A DNA stretch of 32,000 nt, from assembly GCA_004563595.2 (NCBI GenBank), contig CP042461.1, positions 450,001 to 482,000 of the forward strand, in the 5' to 3' direction. Positions 31,290 to 32,000 of the stretch are shown here, piece by piece; the first letter of the stretch is position 1; each line of letters begins with the position of its first letter. A program made the position numbers and the translations under genes. Source of the DNA: Candidatus Saccharimonadota bacterium (GTDB lineage: Bacteria > Patescibacteriota > Gracilibacteria > BD1-5 > UBA6164). The notes below the pieces were generated by a model, which saw only the letters and a list, made by a program, of their open reading frames with translations, was not told the DNA's origin and searched no databases.

Positions 31290-32000
31290 ATTATTGATGA
31301 CTTGTATTGATCTTCTTTATATGGTTGGATTCTAATTATTTCTGTTTTTAACTTCTTTTCTTTGATGTACTCAGTCAGTTCACTTGAAAATCAGACTTGA
31401 TCATATCAGAGACATACCACTTTTGGGTTGTAAAGTTTTAGCCACAACATAGGATGCCCTCATTGTCATAAATATACACAGTCTGAAATTCATAAATCAT
31501 GGATATCTTTTACTCTTTCTTTTTCACTACGAATAGGAGTCTTTCCTTTAAACTTAATTACATTTGCGTCTGTTGCCACTATAGTAATAAGTACATTTCA
31601 GTATTTTTTTGATTCTTCCAAAAAATATCTATGTCATGGATGGACTAGATCATATGTACCAAAAGTTAAAACATAATCTTTATGCCTTTTTACGAGTTCT
31701 ACATCTTTTTGTATTTGAGCTCTTAATTCATCTGTTGAATTAAATTTTTTATTTTCTCGTAGTTTCTTTAGAAGAACGATATCAACCTCTTTGCCATATA
31801 TGTCTTTGTTAAAGTCTATGATATAAGATTCAAATGTTCATTTTGCTTTTAAATATGCTCATACTCATAAGTATGTATTATACTCTCAAGAGTCTCCAGA
31901 TTTATAAATGATCACATTCACTTTGTAGGTTCATTCCTCTACATGCGAATCAAGTAATTCAATATTTGCTGTTGGAAATCATAATTTCCTTCCAAGTGAT
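31271..32000 (-). CDS. Riboflavin kinase domain fused to a C-terminal RibL-like (archaeal-type FAD synthetase) nucleotidyltransferase domain; 5' end outside the window
   Basis: Minus frame is open from 31999 to TAA (31273-31271). RFK part: SLGRKLGFPTANIELLDSHVEEGTYKVNV...GVGAYLKAKGTFESYIIDFNKDIYGKEVDIVLLKKLRENKKFNSTDELRAQIQKDVE. Nucleotidyltransferase part: YVLTFGTYDLVHPGH (HPGH at 31631-31642) RYFLEESKKYGNVLITIVATDANVIKFKGKTPIRSEKERV...PKVVCLGYDQ...EIIRIQPYKEDQYKSS. Confidence 0.8.

Noticed and set aside
1-32000. TGA as tryptophan (code 4, Mycoplasma-like) or as selenocysteine
   Set aside because: TGA sits on invariant Gly positions (P-loops, Rossmann GxGxxG, MCG of Ntn amidotransferase), and TGG is still used at conserved Trp. 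It is far too frequent for Sec: dozens per gene, with no SECIS-like context.
1-32000. CRISPR arrays, tRNA/rRNA genes, transposases, integrases or prophage genes
   Set aside because: I found no regularly spaced direct repeats, no cloverleaf-like GC-rich segments (the only GC-rich patches are the palindromes at 1878-1961 and 6971-6990), and no recombinase or transposase motifs in any of the 27 translated ORFs.

Overview
This AT-rich, about 97% coding window only makes sense if TGA is read as glycine (genetic code 25, as in Gracilibacteria/Absconditabacteria-type CPR bacteria). Under the standard code the supplied ORF track is fragmented: its longest ORF is 161 aa and lies antisense to a real gene. 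Reading TGA as sense gives 27 long ORFs, and TGA falls on invariant glycines: RecG Walker A GDVGTGKT, FAD-binding VGAGAAG, AsnB MCG, Ugd GTGYVG and RsmG DLGTGGGFP. All coordinates below come from my hand translation with TGA=Gly, and each frame was checked for in-frame TAA/TAG. Order of content: (1) an LRR lipoprotein (5' partial). (2) A Phd/YefM antitoxin next to a RelE-like toxin that carries an in-frame TAA. (3) An HI0933/YhiN-type flavoprotein carrying an in-frame GC-rich nested palindrome. (4) A 939-aa polytopic VIT+vWA surface protein with a C-terminal anchor. (5) Housekeeping genes tsaC and rsmG (- strand) and recG (+ strand). (6) An 18-gene, roughly 22-kb glycan biosynthesis locus (9096-31256). 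It holds a DUF2304-GT2 fusion, six GT4s, an AsnB-type amidotransferase, three SAM methyltransferases, a hexapeptide acetyltransferase, WecB, Ugd, a UDP-glucuronate 4-epimerase-like SDR, two MOP flippases and a 1086-aa GT-C-like membrane protein. (7) A 5'-truncated gene fusing a riboflavin kinase domain to an archaeal RibL-like nucleotidyltransferase. I saw no rRNA, tRNA, CRISPR array, transposase or integrase. Start codons lack Shine-Dalgarno motifs, many genes abut or overlap, and convergent genes share perfect palindromic terminators. All homology calls rest on motif recognition by eye, not on database searches.
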